Assembly: GCA_963665845.2 (NCBI GenBank)
Contig: OY762492.1
Location: forward strand, 1,536,001 to 1,600,000
Length of the DNA stretch: 64,000 nt
Origin: Candidatus Poribacteria bacterium
Lineage (GTDB): Bacteria; Poribacteria; WGA-4E; GCA-2687025
Direction: 5' to 3'
Below the pieces are notes generated by a model. That model was given only the letters and a program-made list of their open reading frames with translations. It did not search any database and was not told the DNA's origin. Shown here piece after piece: positions 1 to 9,825 of this stretch (positions are counted from its first letter, which is position 1; the number at the start of each line of letters is the position of its first letter). The position numbers and the translations under genes are program-made.

Positions 1-1803
1 TTCCTTGAGTTCGTTCAGAAGCGGCTCGGCAAAATCGCGGAAGGCGCGGCGAACGCGCGGCGAATAACGGACGCGGGACGACCCCTTCGCCAGAGCGTTC
101 AACGCCTGGCTCGCGCCCTTCGCGTCGTCCAAACCGTACGACTGCAAAAACTCTTCCGTCTCTGGGCTAGGGGAATCCTCATCCAGCAGGCGGTTCATCA
201 TCCGCCGAAACGGGCTTTCATCCGCCCGAAACAGCCGATCAAAGACGCCGCGAATGAAGGTCTGATTCTCCTCAAAATCGCGGCGAAACGTCTCGGAGGG
301 CGACTCGGCGTACCCTAGGCGGCGCGCGTGGCGCTCCCATTCCGCCTCGTCAGACGGAAGCGAATACCGCTGCTGGTCAGACACCAGCTGGATGCAGTTT
401 TCGACGCGCCGCATGAAACGGTACGCGTCCTTGAGCCGCTCCGCCTCTTCGTTCGGGAGATGCCCCGCCGCGGCGAGAGCGTTCAGCGCGTCAATGGAGC
501 CGCGCGCCCGCAGCGAACGGTCGACGCCGCCGCGCGTCAGCTGCATCGCCTGGGCGATGAATTCAATGTCGCGTATGCCGCCGGGTCCCAGTTTCACATG
601 CAGGCGCGGGTCCTCTTTTTGGGCGATACGCGCTTCGATCTGCAGTTTTGTGCGGTAGATTTCCTCTAAAATATCCTCAATATCGTCGGCGTCCTGGAGC
701 GCGCGGTAGGCAAACGCCTCCGTCATAGACAGAAAGGCGCGCGCCAGGCGTTCGTCGCCCGCCGCATACCGCGCCTTGATCAGCGCCTGTCGATCAAACA
801 GCTCGCCCCATGTTTCGTAGTAGCCTTCATAGCTGGCAAGCGAACGCGCGAGCGGCGACGAACCGCCCTGCGGACGCAGCCGAAGGTCGACCCGAAACAC
901 ATACCCGTCCTGCGTCGGCGCGCTCATGATCTCGATCAGTTTTTCGGTGAGCCGTTGAAAATAGGTCTGGTTGGCGCCCCCCTTGTCCGTGTTTCCGTCT
1001 TCGCTGTAGACGCACAGGATGTCGACGTCGGAGGAGAAGTTCAGCTCGCCGCCGCCCAGTTTGCCCATTCCGATGACGCAGTAGCCCGCTTCGGAGCCGT
1101 CCGCGTTCAGCGGCATTCCGAGCGAGGGGCGCGTTTCCGCCTGGGCGAGCAGATAGGAGCCTTGGAAGGCGGCGTCCGCGACAAATGCCAGCTCCGCGGT
1201 CGTTTCCTCCACGGAGGCGGTTTGGAGAAGGTCGCGCATGCCGATGCGCAGCGTTTCGCGCCGTTTAAAACGTCTCAACGCGCCGCGTTTCGATTCGCCG
1301 GAGCGGTCGCTGCGCATTTCGTTTAGCAGCTGATCGGCGCGTTTTTTAAGCGGCGCGCGGCTCGATTCATCCATCGTCTGCAGGAGCCACGGCAGATAGC
1401 CTGGATGGCGTATGAGGATGGCGGACAGGTACTCGCTTCCGCCGAACGCCGTCATGAGATCGTCGATGAGTTGCGGAATTTCCAAAGCGTAGCTGAAGAA
1501 GTTGTGCGGGGAGGCGATCGCCTTGGCGTAATGGAGCGCGCGTTTCAGCGCCATGTCTGGATTTGCCGAAACGGCGGCGGATTTGACAAATTGCGCCGCA
1601 TGTCCAGAAAAGGAGGGACCCCATCCAAACAGCTCCGCCATAGCGCGCAGCGTTTGAACGGCGCCGCGCGGGTCTTCTATTCTATACGGCGCGAGCAGGC
1701 TGGCGGCTTCCGTAGGCGTAGGCGCGTTTTCTGGATGAAGCAGAATCTCGGCGTCGTGTCGATTTATGTTTCCAGCCCCTATAAAGCAATTGTCCGCGGG
1801 CAT
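1..1803 (-). CDS. glnE: glutamine synthetase adenylyltransferase (bifunctional GlnE), 3' end outside window
   Basis: Not in the ORF track because it runs off the edge. Manual minus-strand translation from the ATG at 1803 gives the GlnE motifs GYCVIGMGKLGGGELNFSSDVD (~1020-1086) and GYVFRVDLRLRPQG (~865-910); the frame is open at position 1. Confidence 0.92.
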   Translation of the reverse strand, partial: MPADNCFIGAGNINRHDAEILLHPENAPTPTEAASLLAPYRIEDPRGAVQTLRAMAELFGWGPSFSGHAAQFVKSAAVSANPDMALKRALHYAKAIASPHNFFSYALEIPQLIDDLMTAFGGSEYLSAILIRHPGYLPWLLQTMDESSRAPLKKRADQLLNEMRSDRSGESKRGALRRFKRRETLRIGMRDLLQTASVEETTAELAFVADAAFQGSYLLAQAETRPSLGMPLNADGSEAGYCVIGMGKLGGGELNFSSDVDILCVYSEDGNTDKGGANQTYFQRLTEKLIEIMSAPTQDGYVFRVDLRLRPQGGSSPLARSLASYEGYYETWGELFDRQALIKARYAAGDERLARAFLSMTEAFAYRALQDADDIEDILEEIYRTKLQIEARIAQKEDPRLHVKLGPGGIRDIEFIAQAMQLTRGGVDRSLRARGSIDALNALAAAGHLPNEEAERLKDAYRFMRRVENCIQLVSDQQRYSLPSDEAEWERHARRLGYAESPSETFRRDFEENQTFIRGVFDRLFRADESPFRRMMNRLLDEDSPSPETEEFLQSYGLDDAKGASQALNALAKGSSRVRYSPRVRRAFRDFAEPLLNELKE

Positions 1804-2494
1804 GATACTGCCAACTGGGGCTGTACGCAACCTGCGGCTTCATAGGGCGGCGGGGGATATTCGCCTTCGGCTTGGGCTGAACGGGTCGGCGGGGAAACTT
1901 CGGCTTGGGCTGAACGGGTCGGCGGGGGGACTTTGCTTTTGGCTTGAACTGGACGGATCGGCGGGGGGACTTTGCTTTTGGCTTGGGTTGAACGGGTTGA
2001 CGGCGCGCCGATTTCGCCTTCGATTTTGGTTTGAACTGGACAGATCGCGGCTCCAACTTTGCCGTCATGACCTTGACCGCTTGGCGGGTGGACAGACGCT
2101 CATAACGGCAGTAACGCGCCTGCAGATTCGACAACAGCAGCGCCGACGCGAATGCGGCAGCCCAAACCGCGGTATGCGCCCCGCCGGAATATTCGCCCGC
2201 CATCTTGCCGAACTCGATGAAGATGGCGGCGGAAAAGAACATCGAGACGCCGAAGGCGCGGTCGCGCAGGCGCGTCCGGCGGCGTCGGCGGGAGAACAGC
2301 TGGAGAATCAGTTCCGCTAAAACAGCGGCGGCAAACGCGCCCAGAACGACCAGCGGCGCCGTATCGACATACCGCGCGGCGGGGTACGGGTCAAATACCC
2401 ATTCCATGTAGACGGCGCGGAGAATCAAACCGACCCCCGCGCCTAAGAGAGTCTCCAGTCGCATCGTACATCCCCGCGGCGTATTGAGCAGCAT
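1682..2494 (-). CDS. membrane protein (about 4 TM) with Pro/Arg/Lys-rich repetitive C-terminal tail
   Basis: Hydrophobic N-terminal segments, then repeats of PRR(P/S)VQ(P/F)KPK(AKS); the 3' end overlaps the glnE 5' end. Confidence 0.6.
   Translation of the reverse strand: MLLNTPRGCTMRLETLLGAGVGLILRAVYMEWVFDPYPAARYVDTAPLVVLGAFAAAVLAELILQLFSRRRRRTRLRDRAFGVSMFFSAAIFIEFGKMAGEYSGGAHTAVWAAAFASALLLSNLQARYCRYERLSTRQAVKVMTAKLEPRSVQFKPKSKAKSARRQPVQPKPKAKSPRRSVQFKPKAKSPRRPVQPKPKFPRRPVQPKPKANIPRRPMKPQVAYSPSWQYHARGQLLYRGWKHKSTRRRDSASSRKRAYAYGSRQPARAV
1838..2052 (-). repeat. imperfect 30-39 bp coding tandem repeat (about 6 units)
   Basis: Plus-strand units such as cggcttgggctgaacgggtcggcggggaaactt and tttggcttgaactggacggatcggcgggggacttgc. 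Confidence 0.85.
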
Positions 2495-2647
2495 AATTTA
2501 AACACCCGCGCGGGCGTTTAAGTTACATGGGATACACCGCCGCCTTGCCCATGGAGCGCGTTGTCGGCGGTTGAAGAAATCAATCTTACGTCTTTAGTTG
2601 GGCATGTCGGCATAAGAACGCGGACGGCGTATGTGGGCGCCGCCAGT

Positions 2648-2889
2648 GGCAGTCTCTATAGGCGATGATCTTGATTTTAGAGAGTCGTTTTGGAATGCGG
2701 AGGCTGTCTGGGAAAACTCTGGATTCCCGCTTGCGCGGGAATGACGAATAGCCCAATAACAGCGGTTGGGGCGCGGTTTCTGGACTCCCCCCTTGAAAAG
2801 GGGGGCTGGGGGGGTTTTAGTTCCGTGCGCGGAATCACGATTAGCGCAACTCAAACGGGATTTTCGTCGTCATCGCCTGTAGAGACTGC
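2648..2889. mobile_element. MITE family A copy 1 (~242 bp)
   Basis: Terminal inverted repeats ggcagtctctataggcgatga and tcatcgcctgtagagactgc; flanking direct repeat gccgccagt (2639-2647, 2890-2898); second full copy at 20197-20436. Confidence 0.8.
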
Positions 2890-3006
2890 GCCGCCAGTTT
2901 TCCGATTGCGTCCATCGGTCGAACTGTGTAAACTTTACACCGCTTACTGCATACCTTATACTATAGGCATGTTATACGCATATCCGAGCGCAATCGGGAG
3001 AATCGG

Positions 3007-5466
3007 ATGAGACGGATGAAACGAACGGCTTGGCGTCTGGCGCTGGCAAGCGTCATCGCCCTCTGCGGCACAATGAACGCAACCGCCACGCAAACGGTCA
3101 AGGTGGAAGAGCTGCGCCTGCAGCCCGCCGAACTGACGCTACAGCATGCGGAGGACGAGCGGCGCATTCTGGTTTCCGGTAAAACAAAAGACGGATGGAT
3201 TGATCTCACTGCCGGCGCGGTCTATGAAACGCCGTCGAGCCTCTTTGTCAGCGAAGACGGTTATTTTCGCCCCGCCGCTGTGGACAGCGCGCCTCAAGAA
3301 GGGGCCGTTGTCGTTTCAGCCGGCGGCAAAACGGCGCAATTGCCGGTTAAAATAGCCGGCGTCGAAACGAAGCCTGTTAGCTTCGTCCGCGACGTCGTCC
3401 CGGTCGTCAACCGCGTCGGATGCAGCGCGGGAACCTGCCATGGCGCCGCGAAAGGCAAAAACGGGTTCCGCCTCTCCCTGCGCGGATACGATCACGAGTA
3501 CGATTACGAATCGCTGGTTCAAGACATTTCAGGGCGCCGATTCAGCCGCGCCTTCCCTGAACAAAGCCTGCTGCTGCTGAAACCGACCGCCGAAGTCCCC
3601 CACAAAGGCGGACAGGTACTAAAACCCGACTCTCGGTACTACAAAATTCTTCTGCGGTGGATCGCGGAAGGCGTCCAGTCCGATGTCGGAAAAATCAAGC
3701 CTGTTGAACGGTTGGAGGTTTTCCCGGCGTCCATGGATTTGTCCAACGCTGGAGACGTTCAGCAGATGCTCGTCATCGCGCATTATGAGGACGGCTCGAC
3801 GCGCGACGTCACGCGGGAGGCGGTCTATTTAAGCAGCGCGACCGCGGTCGCCGAGGTGTCGGAAAGCGGACTTGTGACGGCTCTCCGCCGAGGCGAATCG
3901 GCGATCATGACCCGATACGAAGGCGCCTACGGAACGAACGAGCTGATTGTCATGGGCGACCGCGAAGGCTTTGCATGGAAAGAGACGCCCGAATTCAACT
4001 ATGTGGACGCGCACATCCATAACAAGCTGAAGCGGATGAAGATACAGCCGTCCGAGCTGTGTTCTGACGAGGAGTTCATCCGCCGCGTTTCTATCGACCT
4101 GACGGGTTTGCCGCCGCAGCCTGACCAGGTTCGCGCCTTTTTAAAGGACGAGACGCCGACGCAGGAAAAACGCGCCGCCCTCGCCGAACGGCTCCTGAAC
4201 AGCGACGGGTATGTCCAGCGGTGGACGCATAAATGGGCGGATCTGCTGCAATGCAACAGCAAATTTCTCGGTCAAAAAGGGGTCTGGCTCTTCCGCTCAT
4301 GGATAGAGCAGTCGATTGCGGAGAACAAGCCGTACAATCAGTTTGTGCGCGAGCTGTTGACGGCGGAAGGCAGCGTCTATCAGAACCCCGCCGCCAGCTA
4401 CTACCGCATTTCGCGCGACAGCGCCACCGCCGTGGAGAACACGACGCAGCTGTTCCTCGGCGTGCGGTTCTCATGCAACAAGTGCCATGACCATCCGTTT
4501 GAGCGTTGGACGCAGAATCAGTATTACGAATTGGCGGCGTATTTCTCCGATGTGGCGCGCAAAAACGGGCGGCTTGCCGGCGACGAAATCGTCTATACAT
4601 CGCTCAACCCCGCGCCGATGACCCATCCAAAAACGATGCAGCCCATCGACCCGTCGGTGCCGTTTGGAGAGGAAAAGGGCGCGAGCCGCAACCTGCGCGA
4701 GGCGCTGGCAAACTGGATGACCTCCGCCGACAACCCGCTCTTCGCCCGCTCCGCCGTCAACCGCGTATGGAGCTACTTCATGGGGCGCGGCATCATTGAG
4801 CCGGTGGACGATCTGCGCGGCAGCAACCCGCCCAGCAATGCGCCGCTTCTGGCCGCGCTTGTCGAAGAGTTTGTCTCCAACGGGTTCGACATGCGGCAGG
4901 TCATGCGTACGATTGTGAACTCGCGGACTTATCAATTGAGCGTCAAAACGAACCGCTGGAACATTGACGACAAGCGCAACTTCTCCCGCGCGATGCCGAA
5001 GCGTCTCACCGCCGAACAGCTGCTGGACGCCATCAGCGCGGCGGCGGGAAGCCGTCCAAAATTCCCTGGACTGCCAAGCGACTTCCGCGCCGTTCAGCTG
5101 CCGGACAGCAAGATCGAAACGGACGGGTTCCTGAAGCTGTTTGGGCGCCCTGAACGCGAATCGGTCTGCGAATGCGAACGCGCCGACGAAGTGAGCCTCG
5201 CCCACGCCATGAACCTGATCAACGGCGCGACCATCGGCAACGCGCTCATCGATCCGAACGGGCGCATCGCGTCGCTCATGAAGGAGGGCGCGGAGGACAA
5301 GGCGGTGGTGGAGGAGCTGTATCTCGCGGCGCTGTGCCGTTATCCGCGCCAAGAGGAGATCGACACGGCGGTGGCGCATATGGCGGGCGCGGCGTCCAAA
5401 ACAGAAGGCGCGCAGGACCTGCTCTGGGCGTTGCTGAACAGCCCCGCTTTCATATTCAACCGGTAA
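3007..5466 (+). CDS. secreted Ig-like + DUF1549/DUF1553 (planctomycete-type) domain protein
   Basis: Signal peptide; VSFVRDVVPV..GCSAGTCHG..KNGFRLSL; FIRRVSIDLTG; FLGVRFSCNKCHDHPF; RSAVNRVWSYFMGRGIIEPVDD; C-terminal DLLWALLNSPAFIFN. Confidence 0.9.
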   Translation: MRRMKRTAWRLALASVIALCGTMNATATQTVKVEELRLQPAELTLQHAEDERRILVSGKTKDGWIDLTAGAVYETPSSLFVSEDGYFRPAAVDSAPQEGAVVVSAGGKTAQLPVKIAGVETKPVSFVRDVVPVVNRVGCSAGTCHGAAKGKNGFRLSLRGYDHEYDYESLVQDISGRRFSRAFPEQSLLLLKPTAEVPHKGGQVLKPDSRYYKILLRWIAEGVQSDVGKIKPVERLEVFPASMDLSNAGDVQQMLVIAHYEDGSTRDVTREAVYLSSATAVAEVSESGLVTALRRGESAIMTRYEGAYGTNELIVMGDREGFAWKETPEFNYVDAHIHNKLKRMKIQPSELCSDEEFIRRVSIDLTGLPPQPDQVRAFLKDETPTQEKRAALAERLLNSDGYVQRWTHKWADLLQCNSKFLGQKGVWLFRSWIEQSIAENKPYNQFVRELLTAEGSVYQNPAASYYRISRDSATAVENTTQLFLGVRFSCNKCHDHPFERWTQNQYYELAAYFSDVARKNGRLAGDEIVYTSLNPAPMTHPKTMQPIDPSVPFGEEKGASRNLREALANWMTSADNPLFARSAVNRVWSYFMGRGIIEPVDDLRGSNPPSNAPLLAALVEEFVSNGFDMRQVMRTIVNSRTYQLSVKTNRWNIDDKRNFSRAMPKRLTAEQLLDAISAAAGSRPKFPGLPSDFRAVQLPDSKIETDGFLKLFGRPERESVCECERADEVSLAHAMNLINGATIGNALIDPNGRIASLMKEGAEDKAVVEELYLAALCRYPRQEEIDTAVAHMAGAASKTEGAQDLLWALLNSPAFIFNR

Positions 5467-5520
5467 ACGATTTGGAGATTCCATGAACGCAACGGAGAAG
5501 ACGGTCGAAAGGAGCGTACG

Positions 5521-6969
5521 ATGCTGACATTCACAGGCAAACAGGGGCGGCTCTGCGACAGCGTGTCGCGCAGGGAGTTTCTGCGCGTCGGCGGCGCGGC
5601 GATGCTGGGGCTAAGCGTCCCAAAACTGCTCGCCCTGAAAGAGGCGCAGGCAAGCGCCGCGCTAGACTCGTCGCAGCCGCAAAACGGCTTTGGCAAAGCG
5701 AAATCGGTCATCCTGCTCTTCCTGCAGGGCGGCCCGAGCCATATCGACATCTGGGACCCGAAACCGGAGGCGCCGTCCAATATCCGCGGCGAATTCAAAC
5801 CCATCAAAACGAACGTTCCCGGCATCTGGCTCTCCGAGACGATGCCGCTCTTGGCGAAGCAGATGGACAAAGCGGCGCTGATCCGCTCCGTCAGCTACAC
5901 GCCCGCCGGACTTTTCAACCACACCGCGGCGATGTACCAGATGGTCACAGGCTCCACGCCGGACGAGGTGGCGCCGTCTGGACAGCTGGACCCGCCGGCG
6001 CCGCACGATCATCCGAACGTGGCGGCGCATGTGTCCAACTTCCGCCCGTCCGATGAACCGATGCTCTCGGCGGTGCAGCTGCCGAGGCCGATGCAGGAAA
6101 GCAACATCGTCGGGAAGGGCGGAAACGCCGGCTTCCTCGGCAGGGCGTACGACCCGTATTTCCTGTTCCAAGACCCGAACCAGGACATCAAGCTGGACGA
6201 CTTGAGCCTGCGCCCCGAAGTGCCGGCGGCGCGGCTTGAAAAACGCGCCTCGCTGCTGGAAACGGTCAACGCCAGCATGCCTGAAATCGAGCGCGTCGCC
6301 GATGAATTCGCCCTCGGCAGCTACTACGAAAAAGCGTATGAGCTGATCCTGTCCCAACGGGCGCGCAACGCCTTCGACCTGACGAAAGAGCCGGACGCGG
6401 TCCGCGAACGGTACGGGCGGCACACATGGGGGCAAAGCGTCCTGATGGCGCGGCGTCTCATTGAGGCGGGAACCCGCTTTGTGCAGGTGAACTGGCCCTC
6501 CGTGGCGAACGGCGACCCGCGCACCACCGCCTGGGACACGCATGCGGCAAACTTCGGACCGCTGCGCGACCTGCATTGCCCGAAGCTGGACAGCGCCTTG
6601 TCGGCTCTGCTGGAAGACCTTGACCAGCGCGGAATGCTGGAAGAGACGCTGGTTCTCGCCATCGGCGAATTCGGACGCTCGCCGAAGATGGGCGTCAGCA
6701 CCTCCGGCAACTCCAACGCGCCGGACGGACGCGACCATTGGCCCTACTGCTACACGGGTCTCATCGCGGGCGGCGGCGTCCAGGGCGGACAGGTGTACGG
6801 CAAGTCGGACGAGACAGGCTCCTCGCCGCTGGAAAACCCTGTCCATCCGCGCGACATCCTAGCGACGGTCTACCACACGCTGGGAATCGATCCGCATACG
6901 GAGGTGCTGAACCACCTTGACCAGCCGCGCGAACTGGTTTTGGGCGATCCGATACTGGGGCTGTTCTAA
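5521..6969 (+). CDS. DUF1501 family protein
   Basis: SRREFLRVGG twin-Arg-like N-terminus; KSVILLFLQGGPSHIDIWDPKP; WDTH; GEFGRSP; GRDHWP. Confidence 0.92.
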   Translation: MLTFTGKQGRLCDSVSRREFLRVGGAAMLGLSVPKLLALKEAQASAALDSSQPQNGFGKAKSVILLFLQGGPSHIDIWDPKPEAPSNIRGEFKPIKTNVPGIWLSETMPLLAKQMDKAALIRSVSYTPAGLFNHTAAMYQMVTGSTPDEVAPSGQLDPPAPHDHPNVAAHVSNFRPSDEPMLSAVQLPRPMQESNIVGKGGNAGFLGRAYDPYFLFQDPNQDIKLDDLSLRPEVPAARLEKRASLLETVNASMPEIERVADEFALGSYYEKAYELILSQRARNAFDLTKEPDAVRERYGRHTWGQSVLMARRLIEAGTRFVQVNWPSVANGDPRTTAWDTHAANFGPLRDLHCPKLDSALSALLEDLDQRGMLEETLVLAIGEFGRSPKMGVSTSGNSNAPDGRDHWPYCYTGLIAGGGVQGGQVYGKSDETGSSPLENPVHPRDILATVYHTLGIDPHTEVLNHLDQPRELVLGDPILGLF

Positions 6970-6974
6970 ATGGA

Positions 6975-7180
6975 ACCTCGGCGGCTGGGCATGACAGCAA
7001 TCTCATCCCAGCCGCCGTCCCCGCGTAAGCGGAGGCATGCATGAACCGCGCTTATTTAACCCAACGTCATTCCCGCATGTCTTACCGCATGGGCGGGAAT
7101 CCAGAGTTTTAACAACCGACGTTCGCGTTCATTTAACCCAACGTCATTCCCGCGCAAGCGGGAATCTAGAGTTTTTACAA
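6975..7180. repeat. intergenic palindromic repeat cluster
   Basis: Duplicated unit atttaacccaacgtcattcccgc-N-gcgggaatcyagagtttt at ~7053-7110 and ~7130-7177. Confidence 0.8.
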
Positions 7181-7258
7181 ACAACGTTCACATTCAAATT
7201 AAGGCTAAGTCGGCAGACCAAGTTTAAACCCCGCCGTACGCAAAGGCGGAAAAGACCG

Positions 7259-9823
7259 ATGAAACAAACGAGGATGAACATGAAGCGCATACGGGATAAA
7301 GTCGCCAAAAGCGGCGTCTTGTTAATATGTCTCATATGGACGGGCGAGGCGTACGGGCAGGCGCAGCCCGTCCTTGAGGCGGTCTCCCCGCAGGGCGCCC
7401 AGCGCGGACAGACCGTCACGCTCACCTTGCGCGGTCGGCATATCGGTCGCGCGGACGCTCTCCTCTTCAACGTCGAAGGCGTCGCGTCCGAGATACAGGC
7501 GCTCATGAGCGAGGCGGACGCAGTCATCGCCGGGGACGGCATCGAAGCGCGCGTCGACACTCCCCAGACGCTCACCGCGACCATCGTCATTTCGCCCAAC
7601 GCGCCCATCGGCGTCCACACGGCGCGCCTGCGAACGCCCGACGGCGTCTCTACAGGGCGCAACTTCATCATCGGCAACATGCCCGAACTGGCGGAAACGG
7701 AGCCGAACAATTCGCTTGACAAGCCGCAGGAAATAACGCTGCCGGCGACAATCAGCGGCGTCGTCTCGTCCGCCAACGACATGGACGCTTTCCGTTTCAA
7801 CGCGGCAAAGGGAACGCGCCTCATTGCGGACGTTCTGGCGCAGCGCATGGGTTCTCCGCTCGACTCCTACATCGCCCTGTTCGGACCGGACGGCAAGGAG
7901 CTGGCGCGCAACGACATCTTCAACGGCTTAGATTCGCAGATCGATGTCGCCGCGCCGGCGGCCGGCGCCTACACGCTATTAGTGCGCGATTCGCAATACC
8001 GCGGCGGCGGCAATTATGCGTATCGATTGAGCGTCGGGGCGTTGCCGCGTCTGGACGGCATCTTCCCGTTAGGCGGAAAGCGCGGCGCCGAGAGCGTCAT
8101 CGCCCTGACCGGCAGAAACCTCGGCGGCGTCAACTCCATGCGCGTCGTCATCGCGCCGGACGCGCCGCTCGGTTTGCGCGAGACGCGCCTTTTCACGCCG
8201 ACAGGTTATGCGACAAACGCGCTGCTTTTCCAGGTGGAAGACTTAGCCGAAGCGACCGAAAAAGAGCCGAACGACGCGCTGGATAAAGCGAACGCCGTTC
8301 CGCTCCCTTCTGTCGTCAACGGACGAATCGACAAACCGGGCGACCGCGACCGATTTAAGTTTCAAGCGAAGGCGGGTCAGCAGATTATTTTTGAGACGTT
8401 TGCCAGCCGCCTCGGCTCGAAGCTAGACGCGCTCTTGACCTTATACGGTCCGCCGCCTCCCGCTCCCGCCGCCGCCGAGGGAGAGGCGCAGCCCCCCGCG
8501 CCGCCTCCTCCGCAGTTGGCGGTGAACGACGACGGCGTCGGTCCGGAGGCGCGCTTCGCCTTCAACTTCCCCGCCGACGGCGAATACTCCATCGAGATAC
8601 GCGACTTGAGCGCCAACGGCGGGCCGGGCTTTGCATACCGTCTGCGCGCCGCGCCGACCCGACCCGATTTCAATGTGAACGCCGCGCCGACCAACCCTGC
8701 CAAAATCGGAAATGCTACGGACAACGGCATCGCCCGCGTCGCCCAAGGCGGAACTACAGCGTTCAACGTCAACATCGGACGCATCGACGGTTTCAATGCA
8801 CCGCTGCGCATCGAAAGCCGCGGACTCCCGCCCAATTATGCGGTCAGCTCCGCCGAATTAGCCGCCGGAAAATCGAACGCGCTGGTAACGGTGACGGCGC
8901 CTGAAGACGCGCGGCTGGAGACATTGACGCTCCGCTTCGCCGCGGTCGGCTCCATCGGCGGTCGGCGCGTCGAACGGCTCTCCGCGCCGATTCTGCTGAC
9001 AGCGCTGCCGCGTCCGCCGTTCCGTCTTGAGATGGCGGAACCGTCGCTTGCTGCGCTTCAAGACCAAAACGCGGCGGCAAACATCATCGCGTCCCGCGCC
9101 GACGGGTTCGCGGCTCCGATCGCCCTGACCATCGTCGGCTTGCCGGCGCTGTCGACGCAGGTCGCCCCCGCTATCGGGCAGGGCGCCGATCGCTCCACCG
9201 TGACGATACGCGCTTGGAACATCAACGGGCGGACAGACGACCGCACCGTCCCCGCGGCGGGCGAGCAGTATATCACCGTGCGCGGAACGGCGGCCGTCAA
9301 CGGCGTCGTCTACACGCAAACGACGCCGGCGGTGCGGCTGCAGGTTCTGGAGGCGCCGTTTGTGGTGCGCGTTCAGCCGGTGCGTCAAAGCTTTGTCCTT
9401 ACAAAACCTGAAACGCCTCCTGAAGAAGAAACCGCGGACGTGCCAACAGCAGAAGGCGCCGAAGAAGCCGAAACCGCTGAAGAAACCGAAGCGAACGGCG
9501 CAGAAGAGGCGGAAGAAGAGGCGAACGGCGACCCTGAAACGCCCCAGCTCCCTGAAACGGTCGACGCGGAATTGACGCTAACGCTGGTGCGCCGAGGCGG
9601 TTTCACCGGCGCGGTCGACATCGCCGCCGTCAATCTGCCGGAAGGCTTGACCGCCGACCCTGTGCGCGTCGTCGACGGAGCGGCTGAAGTCAAGGTGAAG
9701 GTGAAAGCGGCGCGGACGATGAAGGCGGGCGACTACCGCTTCCATTTTATCGGCAAAGCGACCATCAACGGCCGCCCGTTTCAACAGATCACCTCCACAG
9801 TGACGGCGAAGATCATTCAATAA
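7259..9823 (+). CDS. secreted PPC/Ig-like repeat protein typical of DUF1549-DUF1501 clusters
   Basis: Signal peptide then PQGAQRGQTVTLTLRG; ETEPNN/EKEPND motifs; RMGSPLDS/RLGSKLDA PPC motifs; FPLGGKRG. The start is likely 7259-7280 rather than 7037, since the extension reads through repeats. Confidence 0.85.
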   Translation: MKQTRMNMKRIRDKVAKSGVLLICLIWTGEAYGQAQPVLEAVSPQGAQRGQTVTLTLRGRHIGRADALLFNVEGVASEIQALMSEADAVIAGDGIEARVDTPQTLTATIVISPNAPIGVHTARLRTPDGVSTGRNFIIGNMPELAETEPNNSLDKPQEITLPATISGVVSSANDMDAFRFNAAKGTRLIADVLAQRMGSPLDSYIALFGPDGKELARNDIFNGLDSQIDVAAPAAGAYTLLVRDSQYRGGGNYAYRLSVGALPRLDGIFPLGGKRGAESVIALTGRNLGGVNSMRVVIAPDAPLGLRETRLFTPTGYATNALLFQVEDLAEATEKEPNDALDKANAVPLPSVVNGRIDKPGDRDRFKFQAKAGQQIIFETFASRLGSKLDALLTLYGPPPPAPAAAEGEAQPPAPPPPQLAVNDDGVGPEARFAFNFPADGEYSIEIRDLSANGGPGFAYRLRAAPTRPDFNVNAAPTNPAKIGNATDNGIARVAQGGTTAFNVNIGRIDGFNAPLRIESRGLPPNYAVSSAELAAGKSNALVTVTAPEDARLETLTLRFAAVGSIGGRRVERLSAPILLTALPRPPFRLEMAEPSLAALQDQNAAANIIASRADGFAAPIALTIVGLPALSTQVAPAIGQGADRSTVTIRAWNINGRTDDRTVPAAGEQYITVRGTAAVNGVVYTQTTPAVRLQVLEAPFVVRVQPVRQSFVLTKPETPPEEETADVPTAEGAEEAETAEETEANGAEEAEEEANGDPETPQLPETVDAELTLTLVRRGGFTGAVDIAAVNLPEGLTADPVRVVDGAAEVKVKVKAARTMKAGDYRFHFIGKATINGRPFQQITSTVTAKIIQ

Positions 9824-9825
9824 CA

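Noticed and set aside
328-1845. Plus-strand ORFs in the first 1.8 kb
   Set aside because: Antisense to glnE, which the ORF track missed because it lacks a stop within the window
7037-7258. N-terminal extension of the 928-aa ORF, and repeat-derived ORFs such as 2594-2854, 2690-3010, 9813-10037 and 9946-10368
   Set aside because: These are translations of palindromic repeats (RHSRASGN, SPLEKGG); the real signal peptide starts at 7259-7280
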